This document shows, in pieces, positions 1-8,848 of a DNA stretch of 32,593 nucleotides (position 1 is its first letter; each line of letters begins with the position of its first letter). Location of the stretch: assembly GCA_033764315.1 (NCBI GenBank), contig JANRJA010000046.1, positions 1 through 32,593 on the forward strand. Direction: 5' to 3'. Source of the stretch: Oculatellaceae cyanobacterium bins.114. GTDB taxonomy: Bacteria; Cyanobacteriota; Cyanobacteriia; Elainellales; Elainellaceae. The notes under the pieces were generated by a model. It searched no databases. It was not told where the DNA came from and saw only the letters and a program-made list of their open reading frames with translations. The position numbers were made by a program, and so were the translations under genes.

Positions 1-908
1 TTACGAATCGCCAAGGGGCGATCGCTCTGGAATGACACCGATGTAAAACCATCGATCTCTAAATGATTGGAATGGTGGTGCTCGTGATCGTGATCATGGG
101 CACAGTGTCCATGATCATGGTCGCAGGCTGAGTGGTCATCATGATCGTGATGCTCATGGTCATGGTGATGCTCATGATCGTGATGCTCATGAGTATCATG
201 TCCTTTGGCATCCGTATCAAAATAATTGCTCGCTTCAAACAAGCCCACACTCAAGATCAACGGTAGTGACACCTGAGCTTGAGACGTCCGCAGAATACGA
301 GCTTCATCAGATGTCGTACCCCGAACTTGTTTAATCGTGTCTCGGACTTTGATTTCTAATAAGTCTAAATCTGCCTCATCCACCAAATCGGCTTTATTCA
401 ACAAGATGATGTCGCCATAGACAATTTGGTTTAAGGCTGCCTGACTATTAAATAAATCAAGACTGTAGTTGGCAGAATCAACCACGGTCACAATTGAGTC
501 AAGCCGAGTTAAATCCCGCAGTTCAGTTCCTAAAAAGGTGAGTGCCACTGGCAGGGGATCTGCTAAACCAGTTGTCTCAACAACCAAATAATCAATTTGG
601 TCTTGACGCTCTAAAACTTTGTAAACCGCTTCCAGCAAATCATTATTGATGGTGCAACAGATACAGCCATTACTAAGTTCCACCATGTTGTTATCGTCGC
701 CCGTATTGACAATCAGTTCATTATCAATACCAATCTCACCAAATTCATTGACCAAAACGGCTGTCTTTAAGCCTTCTTGATTGGTCAGGATGTGGTTTAG
801 CAGGGTTGTTTTACCACTGCCCAAAAATCCTGTAATGATGGTGACTGGAAGACCTCGCTTGAGATCATTCATGGTTTCAGATTGAGCGGGAGTGACGGCT
901 GACTGCAT
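1..908 (-). CDS. COG0523/CobW-family metal-binding GTPase with His-rich linker (3' end runs off the window)
   Basis: Absent from the ORF track because it is truncated. Manual translation from ATG at 908 gives MQSAVTPAQ...PVTIITGFLGSGKTTLLNHIL (Walker A), VLVNEFGEIGID, ELSNGCICC (CxCC), LVVETTGLADP, ILLNKADL, then HDTHEHHDHEHHHDHEHHDHDDHSACDHDHGHCAHDHDHEHHHSNHLEIDGF. Confidence 0.92.
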   Translation of the reverse strand, partial: MQSAVTPAQSETMNDLKRGLPVTIITGFLGSGKTTLLNHILTNQEGLKTAVLVNEFGEIGIDNELIVNTGDDNNMVELSNGCICCTINNDLLEAVYKVLERQDQIDYLVVETTGLADPLPVALTFLGTELRDLTRLDSIVTVVDSANYSLDLFNSQAALNQIVYGDIILLNKADLVDEADLDLLEIKVRDTIKQVRGTTSDEARILRTSQAQVSLPLILSVGLFEASNYFDTDAKGHDTHEHHDHEHHHDHEHHDHDDHSACDHDHGHCAHDHDHEHHHSNHLEIDGFTSVSFQSDRPLAIR

Positions 909-953
909 AGTGCAATGGATAAAACGTCAGAAGGGATAAGGTTAAAAGCTTAG

Positions 954-968
954 AAGCAATGATTCTCA
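954..968. promoter_or_regulatory. Possible Zur/Fur-type box upstream of the COG0523 gene
   Basis: AAGCAATGATTCTCA partly matches a TGAGAATnATTCTCA-type 7-1-7 palindrome (right half perfect). It lies about 45 bp upstream of a His-rich COG0523 gene. Confidence 0.25.
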
Positions 969-1123
969 AAGACCTGACCGAACCTGCCGACAGAGACTCT
1001 GGAATAATTGCCATAGTAGATGAAGCTACTCCATTATTGCGTATCTATTTAAGGTTAGTCTTGGGATTATTGCCTACCTTCTCCTTCCTGTTCACTTTAT
1101 TGATTAGCGATCGCCCTTAAATC

Positions 1124-2671
1124 ATGTCCCTGAGCCTTTACAACAGCCTTACTCGTCGCAAAGAAGCCTTTGAACCGTTGGAATCGGGCAAAGTAAAGAT
1201 GTATTGCTGCGGTGTAACAGTCTATGACTATTGCCATTTGGGTCATGCACGGTCTTACATCGTCTGGGATACGGTGCGGCGTTATTTGCAGTGGCGTGGC
1301 TTTCAGGTGCGGTATGTGCAAAATTTTACTGATATTGACGACAAGATTTTGAAGCGGGCACACCAAGAAGGCTCCTCCATGCAAGAGGTGTCAGAACGCT
1401 ATATCCAGACTTATTTTGAGGACATGGCGCGACTCAATATCCGGGAAGCCGATGAGTATCCCAGGGCCACCTTCACCCTGGATGGGATCAAGCGGCTGAT
1501 TCACGAGTTAGAACAAAAAGGCTTTGCCTATCCCGCTGAAGGGGATGTCTATTATGCCGTGCGAAAGTTTCCTAACTATGGCAAGTTGTCTGGACGCAAG
1601 CTAGACGATATGCAAGCGGGAGCCAGCGGACGAGTTGACACCGACCCCGAGGCTCAGAAGAAACAAGACCCTTCAGATTTTGCGTTGTGGAAAGCAGCCC
1701 GACCGGGAGAACCTTTCTGGGAATCACCCTGGGGTGAGGGTCGTCCGGGGTGGCATATTGAGTGCTCAGCGATGGTGCAGGAGAGCTTTAAGTCCACTGA
1801 TGGCAAGTTAGCCGACACGATCGACATTCATGTGGGAGGTGCCGATCTGGTGTTTCCTCATCATGAAAACGAGATTGCTCAGTCAGAAGCGGCGACCGGG
1901 CATCCCCTGGCTCGTTACTGGCTACACAACGGCATGGTGAATGTGGGTGGTGAAAAAATGTCCAAATCTTTAGGCAACTTCACCACTATTCGGCAACTGC
2001 TGGACGCCCCGAATGCACCTGACCCGATGGCGGTGCGGTTGTTTGTCTTGATGGCACAATATCGCAAGCCGATTGACTTTACAGATGAAGCGATCGCCTC
2101 TGCCCAAAACGCTTGGCACACTTTGCAAGAAGGACTGTTGTTTGGTCATAAATACGGTCAGCAACTCCGCTACTCCGATATCAACGATGCCTCCTTCGGC
2201 AACCCCGAATCCATGCAAGTTCCAGATGACAGTGATGCGGTCAAACGCTTTCAAATGTCAATGGATGATGACATAAATACCCCTGGGGCGATCGCCGTCT
2301 TGTTTGAATTAGCCAAAGACCTGCAAAAAGAAGGCAACCGCTTGACTCATAAACAAGATCTTTCTGCCGATCCCAAAGTCTTGCGTGAAAAATGGCAAGC
2401 TCTAACTGTTTTGGCAAGCGTCTTAGGTCTGGAAGTTCCAAAAACACAGGTGATTCAGCCCAGTGGTATTCCTTCTAGTTCAACAGTAGGAAATCCTAAC
2501 GTTACTGTAGGAATAGGGGATGCTGAGATTGAAACCCTGATTCAGCAACGAGCCGATGCCAAAAAAGCCAAAAACTGGGCAGAGAGCGATCGCATTCGGG
2601 ATGAACTCAAAGCCAGAGGGATCCTCTTAATCGACAAGCCCGGTGGAGTCACCAATTGGATTCGGGAGTGA
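1124..2671 (+). CDS. cysS: Cysteine--tRNA ligase
   Basis: [19 protein letters not shown] (HIGH-like), [39 protein letters not shown], and C-terminal [11 protein letters not shown]. Confidence 0.97.
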   Translation: MSLSLYNSLTRRKEAFEPLESGKVKMYCCGVTVYDYCHLGHARSYIVWDTVRRYLQWRGFQVRYVQNFTDIDDKILKRAHQEGSSMQEVSERYIQTYFEDMARLNIREADEYPRATFTLDGIKRLIHELEQKGFAYPAEGDVYYAVRKFPNYGKLSGRKLDDMQAGASGRVDTDPEAQKKQDPSDFALWKAARPGEPFWESPWGEGRPGWHIECSAMVQESFKSTDGKLADTIDIHVGGADLVFPHHENEIAQSEAATGHPLARYWLHNGMVNVGGEKMSKSLGNFTTIRQLLDAPNAPDPMAVRLFVLMAQYRKPIDFTDEAIASAQNAWHTLQEGLLFGHKYGQQLRYSDINDASFGNPESMQVPDDSDAVKRFQMSMDDDINTPGAIAVLFELAKDLQKEGNRLTHKQDLSADPKVLREKWQALTVLASVLGLEVPKTQVIQPSGIPSSSTVGNPNVTVGIGDAEIETLIQQRADAKKAKNWAESDRIRDELKARGILLIDKPGGVTNWIRE

Positions 2672-2675
2672 AGCC

Positions 2676-2954
2676 ATGCCACAAGATGATGCTCCATTAA
2701 CTGGAGAAGCCCTCATCAAAGAAGTGTGTCGTCGGATTCGGGTGGCGAGGAGTTATTGGGACGCTCACAACAATGCGGCTTGTCGAAAAGAGCGCGATCG
2801 CGCCCTACACCTCTACAACACCCTAACAAAGGAAGAAAAAGAGCAGATTCCAGATGTTTTGAAAGTCTGGCTCCGCTATCGCAGCGAAAAATATTTCGGT
2901 TCCCACCGCACTCCTCCTGGAGGACATGCAAAGCAGAAACCGAAAAACAAGTAA
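2676..2954 (+). CDS. Small conserved cyanobacterial hypothetical protein (92 aa)
   Basis: ATG 4 bp after the cysS stop. The sequence EVCRRIRVARSYWDAHNNAAC...LKVWLRYRSEKYFG looks like a real helical protein. The ORF-track start at 2643 overlaps cysS and is less likely. Confidence 0.75.
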   Translation: MPQDDAPLTGEALIKEVCRRIRVARSYWDAHNNAACRKERDRALHLYNTLTKEEKEQIPDVLKVWLRYRSEKYFGSHRTPPGGHAKQKPKNK

Positions 2955-3082
2955 CCCGTAGCGATCGCCCCTTTCAACTCGCCCTGAAACGAATAGCCCC
3001 ATCAATTGCAGCGGTAGATGGTGATGGGTGATGCGAAGTAGTTCTCTTATGGGCGATCGCCAATGATGGGAATTGAGCAGAA

Positions 3083-4024
3083 TTAGACGAATACAAAAGC
3101 ACGAGATGTCAGGCTGACATTAGCAGCATTAACCCCTGCCAAAACTGCCACCAACTCTGATTCTCCATCGGCAGAGAGATAGATTCCTGTACCACTTGGC
3201 ATTCCAGTTGCTGAGACAGCCCCTAGTGTGTAGTCAGTGGCAACACCAGCCAATTGAATCCGATCTTCTCTTCTAAAATCTGTAATCACAGCATAGTCTA
3301 GATCACCCGCTTCGGCATAGAAGACGGCGGCAGTGTCACCGGGAGCAGCAGAGCCTCCTAACACAAAGGTGTCTCTACCTTGCCCACCCGTGAGAGTATC
3401 CACTTGCGGCACAATAGAGTTTTCGGGGTCTGCCAATGGGTCTTCTTCAGGCAGCATTCCGGGGTCTGGCATCAACGGATCCTCTCCTGGATTCATTGGA
3501 TCGCCTGTTGGAGGAACTCCTGCTGGGGGAACTCCTGGAGGAGCCATTGGCGGAGCATTGGGGGGTTCCATGTCCAAAGCGGCTGCATAGCCAACGAGGA
3601 TATCATTACCCTGTCCACCCAACAGAGTGTCATTGCCTACACCTCCATTGAGGATATCTTTGCCATTGCCACCGCTAAGCAGATCATCTCCTTCATCACC
3701 CATCAGGATGTCATTGCCGGTGCCACCCTCCAATCTGTCATTGCCTAATCCACCCATCAAATTGTCATTGCCAACCCCACCCGACAGTTGGTCGTCACCT
3801 TCTCCACCTTCCAATCTGTCATTACCTTCATCACCCATCAAAATATCGTTGCCAAGTTCACCTATCAGGATGTCATTGCCGCCACGACCCTTAATTGTGT
3901 CATCTCCTAAGCCACCTCTGATAGCATCAATTTGCATGCCACCGGTGAGAATATCATTTGCATCGGTGCCAAGGAGAGGTGGTCTCGGGCGACGGGTTTC
4001 ACGAGAATTTTGATTTGGTTTCAT
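3083..4024 (-). CDS. RTX/hemolysin-type Ca2+-binding repeat protein
   Basis: A dozen or more GGxGxDxLx nonapeptides, a Pro-rich insert, and a C-terminal DTFVLG...DYAVITDF...DRIQL region. ATG at 4024 has GGAG 6 nt upstream. Confidence 0.88.
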   Translation of the reverse strand: MKPNQNSRETRRPRPPLLGTDANDILTGGMQIDAIRGGLGDDTIKGRGGNDILIGELGNDILMGDEGNDRLEGGEGDDQLSGGVGNDNLMGGLGNDRLEGGTGNDILMGDEGDDLLSGGNGKDILNGGVGNDTLLGGQGNDILVGYAAALDMEPPNAPPMAPPGVPPAGVPPTGDPMNPGEDPLMPDPGMLPEEDPLADPENSIVPQVDTLTGGQGRDTFVLGGSAAPGDTAAVFYAEAGDLDYAVITDFRREDRIQLAGVATDYTLGAVSATGMPSGTGIYLSADGESELVAVLAGVNAANVSLTSRAFVFV

Positions 4025-4344
4025 TTGTTTCTCCAATTCGTAAACAGGGTTTTTGGTAAACCAAATCTAACGAATTGAATGGAATGAGACATCGAGAATT
4101 ATCCATAGAAATAATTTTATTTTTGCTATGTTTTTAAGAGCTAAATGGGGTGAAAGTGCGGATAATTTTCTGCAAAAACTGCATCCGGATCAGCTTTTTT
4201 TTAGAACCCCGCAATATTACGAATAATGAGTTCATGACTTGGATAAATTTAAGCTTTAGAACCTTAGTAAATGCCGTCCAAATACTGAGAGACAGCAAAT
4301 TTGTTAAGACCCAACTGGAAAGATCGTCAATCATTAAGCCCATT

Positions 4345-4498
4345 CAGTTAAGCCTCTAGCAAATGAATTCACGGCTATCAAGACAAAGTCTGCGGCTCGA
4401 TAGCTCAACGGCTCGACTAAGCTTTACCGAAGGTCTAAGTTTCGGCGGAGTTCTGCGGTTAAAACCGCCAGAATTCTGATCTCGAACTCAGGTTAATT
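4345..4498 (+). repeat. Dispersed palindromic repeat, copy 1 (family shared with 31462-31620)
   Basis: The ends ggctatcaagacaaagtctgc and gcggttaaaaccgccagaattctgatctcgaactca match the reverse complement of 31462-31620. Confidence 0.75.
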
Positions 4499-4548
4499 AG
4501 AGAATTAGAGGCTGTTCAAACACACCACAAGCGAAATTAAGTCAGGGA

Positions 4549-4646
4549 TTACAGCAAGCTGGTATTAGATGTGTACACTCGAAGGAGAAGGGGTTGAGCC
4601 GTTTAGCTGAGGCAAAGCCATCTCTAAACTCCAGCAGGGTTGCTAT
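4549..4646 (+). repeat. Degenerate MITE-like element (related to 26431-26539)
   Basis: ttacagcaa...gtac...aggggtt...ggcaaagcc...ctcc...ttgctat has the same order of motifs as the reverse complement of 26431-26539. Confidence 0.45.
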
Positions 4647-4695
4647 CCAATGATTTAGAGCTTGAAGTGAAGCATTTTGAAGGGATGAGGTATCC

Positions 4696-6135
4696 ATGAT
4701 TGTTGAGCTACAAAAGGTGCTATCGACCTTAGACATTCCTGCGAATTGGGTTGGTTTGCGAGCCGTAAAGGAGGCGATCGCTTATCGAGCGGTACGAGAT
4801 GGGTTGCCCCAAGACAACAGCAAATCTGCCAATCAAGGGGTAATGGTAGAAGTGCTTGTGAATGGTCAGATCGGGTATAGTGCAGTCAACTCTTGGCAAC
4901 CTGAGCGAATTCGACAAGCAGCTACCGTTGCCTATCAACAGGCATTAGCTGCCAGTCAATGGACAATTCATCCAATGACGATCGCTGCCCGTCCTAAAGT
5001 GGTTGGGCAATACACTTCCCCTTTTTTGAAGCCATTTGATGTGCTTACAGCAGGAGAAGTGAATGAGTTGTTGGTGCGCCTCTGCCAAACCCTCAAAGTA
5101 TCGGATCAGATTGTGCAGACCAATGCTGTGGCAATGACCAATGAAACTGAGTTTTGGTTTGTCAGCAGTAACGGCTCAGAGGTTTATCAGAAGTTTTTGC
5201 TATTGGAGACGCATTTTGGTGCCACGGCTCAAGAAGGGGCGATCGTGCAACAGCGCAGCAATAACGGATACTTGGCGCATTGCTATCAAGGAGGCTGGGA
5301 ATTGTTTCCAGAGCCAGATCTGTGGGAACGAGCACAGCAAATTGGTGAACAAACCCTGGAGTTACTGACAGCGGAGGAGTGCCCTACTGCAACTACAACC
5401 CTAGTTCTAGCTCCCGATCAGATGATGTTGCAGATTCACGAAAGTGTAGGACATCCGCTGGAACTTGATCGCATTTTAGGGGATGAGCGCAATTATGCAG
5501 GCGGTAGCTTTGTTAACCTCTCTGATTTTGGGCAGCTTTCTTATGGGTCAAAGCTGATGAACATTACCTTTAACCCCGCTGTGTCTGGAGAATTTGCCAG
5601 CTATCAGTTTGATGACACAGGTGCACCCGCCACACAGGAATACTTGATTCGAGAAGGAGTTTTGTTGCGCGGGTTAGGTAGCTTAGAGAGCCAAGCCAGA
5701 GCCAACGTTCCAGGAGTAGCCTGTGCACGAGCATCGTCGTGGAACCGTCCGGCGATCGATCGGATGGCAAACCTCAATTTGGAAGCAGGGAGAGACTCCC
5801 TTGAAGACATCATTCGCAATATTGACTACGGCGTTTATATGGAGTCCAACCGTTCCTGGTCGATTGATGATCAACGGTATAAGTTTCAGTTTGGTTGTGA
5901 GTACGCCAAGTTAATTGAGCATGGCGAACTCACTAAAACCTTGCGCAATCCTAACTATCGGGGTACAACCCCTGAGTTTTGGCACAGCCTCATTCGAGTT
6001 GGCAATAATGAAACCTGGCAAATCTATGGCACTCCCTACTGCGGCAAGGGAGAGCCTAATCAAGCCATTCGGGTGGGTCATGGTGCACCCGTTTGTGCCT
6101 TTGCGGGAGTCGAAGTGTTTGGGGGCGGGGAATAA
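4696..6135 (+). CDS. tldD: TldD family metalloprotease subunit
   Basis: HESVGHPLELDR (HExxxH), YQFDDTG, RASSWNRPAIDRMANL, and CGKGEPNQ. Confidence 0.92.
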   Translation: MIVELQKVLSTLDIPANWVGLRAVKEAIAYRAVRDGLPQDNSKSANQGVMVEVLVNGQIGYSAVNSWQPERIRQAATVAYQQALAASQWTIHPMTIAARPKVVGQYTSPFLKPFDVLTAGEVNELLVRLCQTLKVSDQIVQTNAVAMTNETEFWFVSSNGSEVYQKFLLLETHFGATAQEGAIVQQRSNNGYLAHCYQGGWELFPEPDLWERAQQIGEQTLELLTAEECPTATTTLVLAPDQMMLQIHESVGHPLELDRILGDERNYAGGSFVNLSDFGQLSYGSKLMNITFNPAVSGEFASYQFDDTGAPATQEYLIREGVLLRGLGSLESQARANVPGVACARASSWNRPAIDRMANLNLEAGRDSLEDIIRNIDYGVYMESNRSWSIDDQRYKFQFGCEYAKLIEHGELTKTLRNPNYRGTTPEFWHSLIRVGNNETWQIYGTPYCGKGEPNQAIRVGHGAPVCAFAGVEVFGGGE

Positions 6136-6136
6136 G

Positions 6137-7480
6137 ATGAATCCGGATTTAGCAGAATTAGAAGCCAGTTTTAACCAATTAGTGGCAGCATTGCTGGCAG
6201 AACTCAACCCAGGTGAACACTTGACACTCCGTTTGACCGGGGAGCAAAGCCAATTTGTCCGGTTTAATCATGCCAAGGTCAGACAAACAGGTCTTGTGAC
6301 AGATTGTCAGATTCATCTGACGCTGATGTCTGAGCAACGAACCGCTTATTATGATTTTCCGCTGACGGGGAACTGGCAGACCGATTGGCAACAGGCGCGA
6401 TCGTCTCTCCAGGAGTTGCGTCGAGAATTACCACAGTTACCCATCGATCCCTATCTCGTTTTGCCAACGGGTCATGCTGTAAGTCGGGAGATTCATACGG
6501 GGCAGTTGTTGCCTCCTAATGAAGTTGCGGCAACGGTTTTAACTCCTGTAGACGGGCTAGATTTCACAGGCATTTATGCAGGTGGTGTGCTGTTGCGGGC
6601 CTATGCTGACTCTGTTGGGCAAAAACATTGGTTTGCGACAGATTCTTTTTCGTTGGACTATTCCATCTTTACGGCATCAGGACAGGCTCTCAAAGGCACG
6701 TTTGCAGGCAGTGATTGGAATGCAGAGGCTTATGCTGCAAAGTTAGCAGATGCGAGGGGGCAACTCGATCGCCTCGATCAACCCCCTAAGTCCATCGCAA
6801 AGGGACACTATCGCACCTATTTAGCACCCGCGGCGATCGCTGAGATTGTCGCCTATCTTGCCTGGGGCACCCTCAGCGAAGCGGCGATTCAACAAGGAAA
6901 TAGTGGGTTACGACTGCTGCAATTGGGTGAGAAGCAGTTATCTCCACTGTTTACGTTAAGAGAAAACTTTCAATATGGGCTTGTGCCCCGCTTTAACGGC
7001 TGGGGAGAGGTAGCACCCCTGACATTGCCCGTGATCGAATCTGGAAAATTGGTCAACACGTTGATCAACTCCCGCACGGCAAAAGAGTATGGCAAAGCCG
7101 CCAATGGAGCAGACAGTGAAGAATCGTTGCGATCGCCCGAAGTGATCCCAGGGACGCTCGACCCGGCAGATATTCTCAAAACACTTGGCACAGGGTTATA
7201 TCTCTCTAATTTGCACTACCTCAACTGGAGCGATCGCGCCACGGCTCGGATGACGGGAATGACCCGCTATGCCTGTTTTTGGGTCGAAAACGGAGAAATC
7301 GTTGCCCCAATTGAAAATTTGCGCTTTGACGAAAGCCTATATCGCTGTTTTGGGGAAAACCTGGTTACCTTAACCCGTACTCAAGAATTTGTGCCAAATG
7401 TAGAAACCTACGGCTACCGTTCACTGGGCGGAACATGGGTGCCTGGGATGGTAGTTGATGACTTTACCTATACCCTTTAG
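6137..7480 (+). CDS. TldE/PmbA family subunit
   Basis: ATG 1 bp after the tldD stop. Motifs EQSQFVRFNHAKVRQTG and LHYLNWSDR...MTGMTR...APIENLRFDES; no HExxxH. The ORF-track start at 5915 overlaps tldD and is rejected. Confidence 0.88.
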   Translation: MNPDLAELEASFNQLVAALLAELNPGEHLTLRLTGEQSQFVRFNHAKVRQTGLVTDCQIHLTLMSEQRTAYYDFPLTGNWQTDWQQARSSLQELRRELPQLPIDPYLVLPTGHAVSREIHTGQLLPPNEVAATVLTPVDGLDFTGIYAGGVLLRAYADSVGQKHWFATDSFSLDYSIFTASGQALKGTFAGSDWNAEAYAAKLADARGQLDRLDQPPKSIAKGHYRTYLAPAAIAEIVAYLAWGTLSEAAIQQGNSGLRLLQLGEKQLSPLFTLRENFQYGLVPRFNGWGEVAPLTLPVIESGKLVNTLINSRTAKEYGKAANGADSEESLRSPEVIPGTLDPADILKTLGTGLYLSNLHYLNWSDRATARMTGMTRYACFWVENGEIVAPIENLRFDESLYRCFGENLVTLTRTQEFVPNVETYGYRSLGGTWVPGMVVDDFTYTL

Positions 7481-7659
7481 GGAAATAACCCTTCAGGGAA
7501 AAGGCAGAGAATGAGACGATGGAAGGAGGTACTGAAGGCTGAGTGGATCATCACACACCATCCTGGTATCTTGTGCTTTTCTTTTTTCATTCTTCGCTCT
7601 TCGTTCTTTCCTGAGACACCTTTTGGCACAATAAAGGGGTCTATCGAGGAGGCGATCGC

Positions 7660-8778
7660 TTGAAAATCGCGCCAGAACAGCGGATTTCGTTTTCTATTGC
7701 AAACCTATTGTTGGTTTTGGCAACTCTGTTGTTGCTCGTAATTTTGTGGCAGTTACGTAGCCTGATTGTGTTGCTGATGATTTCAATTGTGTTGGCAGCC
7801 TCGATTGCCCCTGTTGTGGATTGGGCCGAGCAGTGGCGCATTCCCCGGTGGCTCAGCGTTGTACTAGTCTATCTAGGGCTAATTGCCGGATTTGCAGGGT
7901 TGATTTTGATTATTGGACCCACTGCATTTACCCAAATCGATCAATTGATTCGACAGACTCCCGTTGCGGTTAGCAATTTAATCGTAGCCACTGAAAACTG
8001 GATACTCACCCTCAATGATACGCGCCCCGAATTGGTGAGCCAGCTTGAGAAGTTCTTTAATATTGAGGGGCTAGCAACGTGGGTCGTGCGATCGAGCCAA
8101 CAGTTATTGGTGCGGTCATTTAGCTTGACTACTGGACTTGTAGGAGGGGTGTTTAGCCTGGTTTTAGCTCTGTTTATCTCAGGATATATGTTGTCAGACA
8201 GTCGGACATTGATTAACAGTCTGACTCGCCTGTTGCCCGAACCCTGGGATGAACGGCTAGCCGCTCAAGTGGCGCCCATTAGCTCTCGCATTGGCACCTA
8301 TATTCGGGGGCGGGTGCTAGTATCTGGCATTTTAGGGATCATGACGACGTTAGGATTGGGGGCTTTGGGCTTGTCAGACTTTGCCCTGGGGTTAGGGGCG
8401 ATCGCGGCAGTTACCAATCTCATTCCATTCTTAGGACCGATCTTAGGAGCCGTCCCTGCGTTGATTGTCGCCCTCTCTCAAGGATGGTGGACTCTGCTGT
8501 GGGTATTGCTGCTGTTTGTCATCATTCAAAACCTGGAGACTTATGTGTTAGATCCTCTTTTAGTCGGTGCCTCCGTAGGAGTACATCCCCTCTATCAACT
8601 CTTAGCCGTCTTGGGAGGCACACAGGTGTTAGGTATTTTGGGCGCACTGATTGTGCCGCCTTGGGTAGCGGGTGCTGCTGTGTTGCTTGAAAATCTCTAT
8701 CTGCAACCCAAGTTGACCGCAGAAAAGCAGGTCATTCTGGGAGCCGAGATCACTCCTAAGCCTAAAGCCCCAGTTTAG
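7660..8778 (+). CDS. AI-2E (UPF0118/PerM) family transporter
   Basis: Multi-TM protein with NLIPFLGPILGAVP, IQNLETYVLDPLLVG...VHP and GALIVPP. TTG start with GAGGAGG upstream. Confidence 0.9.
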   Translation: MKIAPEQRISFSIANLLLVLATLLLLVILWQLRSLIVLLMISIVLAASIAPVVDWAEQWRIPRWLSVVLVYLGLIAGFAGLILIIGPTAFTQIDQLIRQTPVAVSNLIVATENWILTLNDTRPELVSQLEKFFNIEGLATWVVRSSQQLLVRSFSLTTGLVGGVFSLVLALFISGYMLSDSRTLINSLTRLLPEPWDERLAAQVAPISSRIGTYIRGRVLVSGILGIMTTLGLGALGLSDFALGLGAIAAVTNLIPFLGPILGAVPALIVALSQGWWTLLWVLLLFVIIQNLETYVLDPLLVGASVGVHPLYQLLAVLGGTQVLGILGALIVPPWVAGAAVLLENLYLQPKLTAEKQVILGAEITPKPKAPV

Positions 8779-8800
8779 GTCAAAAATGGGATAAGCCCGA

Positions 8801-8838
8801 AAACTGGAGAGACGCGATTAATCGCGTCTCTCCAGTTT
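8801..8838. repeat. Perfect 38-bp palindrome between convergent genes (possible bidirectional terminator or small dispersed repeat)
   Basis: AAACTGGAGAGACGCGATT|AATCGCGTCTCTCCAGTTT. Confidence 0.85.
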
Positions 8839-8848
8839 CACCAACCTC

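Noticed and set aside
59-250. 63-aa Met/Ile/Thr-rich ORF on the minus strand
   Set aside because: Alternative-frame reading of the His-rich tract of the COG0523 gene.
3333-4013. Plus-strand repetitive ORFs (SLPxPP repeats)
   Set aside because: Antisense shadows of the RTX nonapeptide repeats.
4025-4695. Possible RiPP precursor peptide for the TldD/E pair
   Set aside because: The short ORFs here show no leader/core pattern, no modifying enzymes are nearby, and much of the space is repeats.
5915-6136. 74-aa N-terminal extension of tldE overlapping tldD
   Set aside because: An ATG at 6137 lies 1 bp after the tldD stop and gives a normal PmbA-like N-terminus; the extension is just open frame.
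7570-7612. Pyrimidine-rich heptamer-like run (ttcattc ttcgctc ttcgttc), with a similar run near 15375-15402
   Set aside because: Ordinary degenerate short tandem repeats, common in intergenic DNA of filamentous cyanobacteria.
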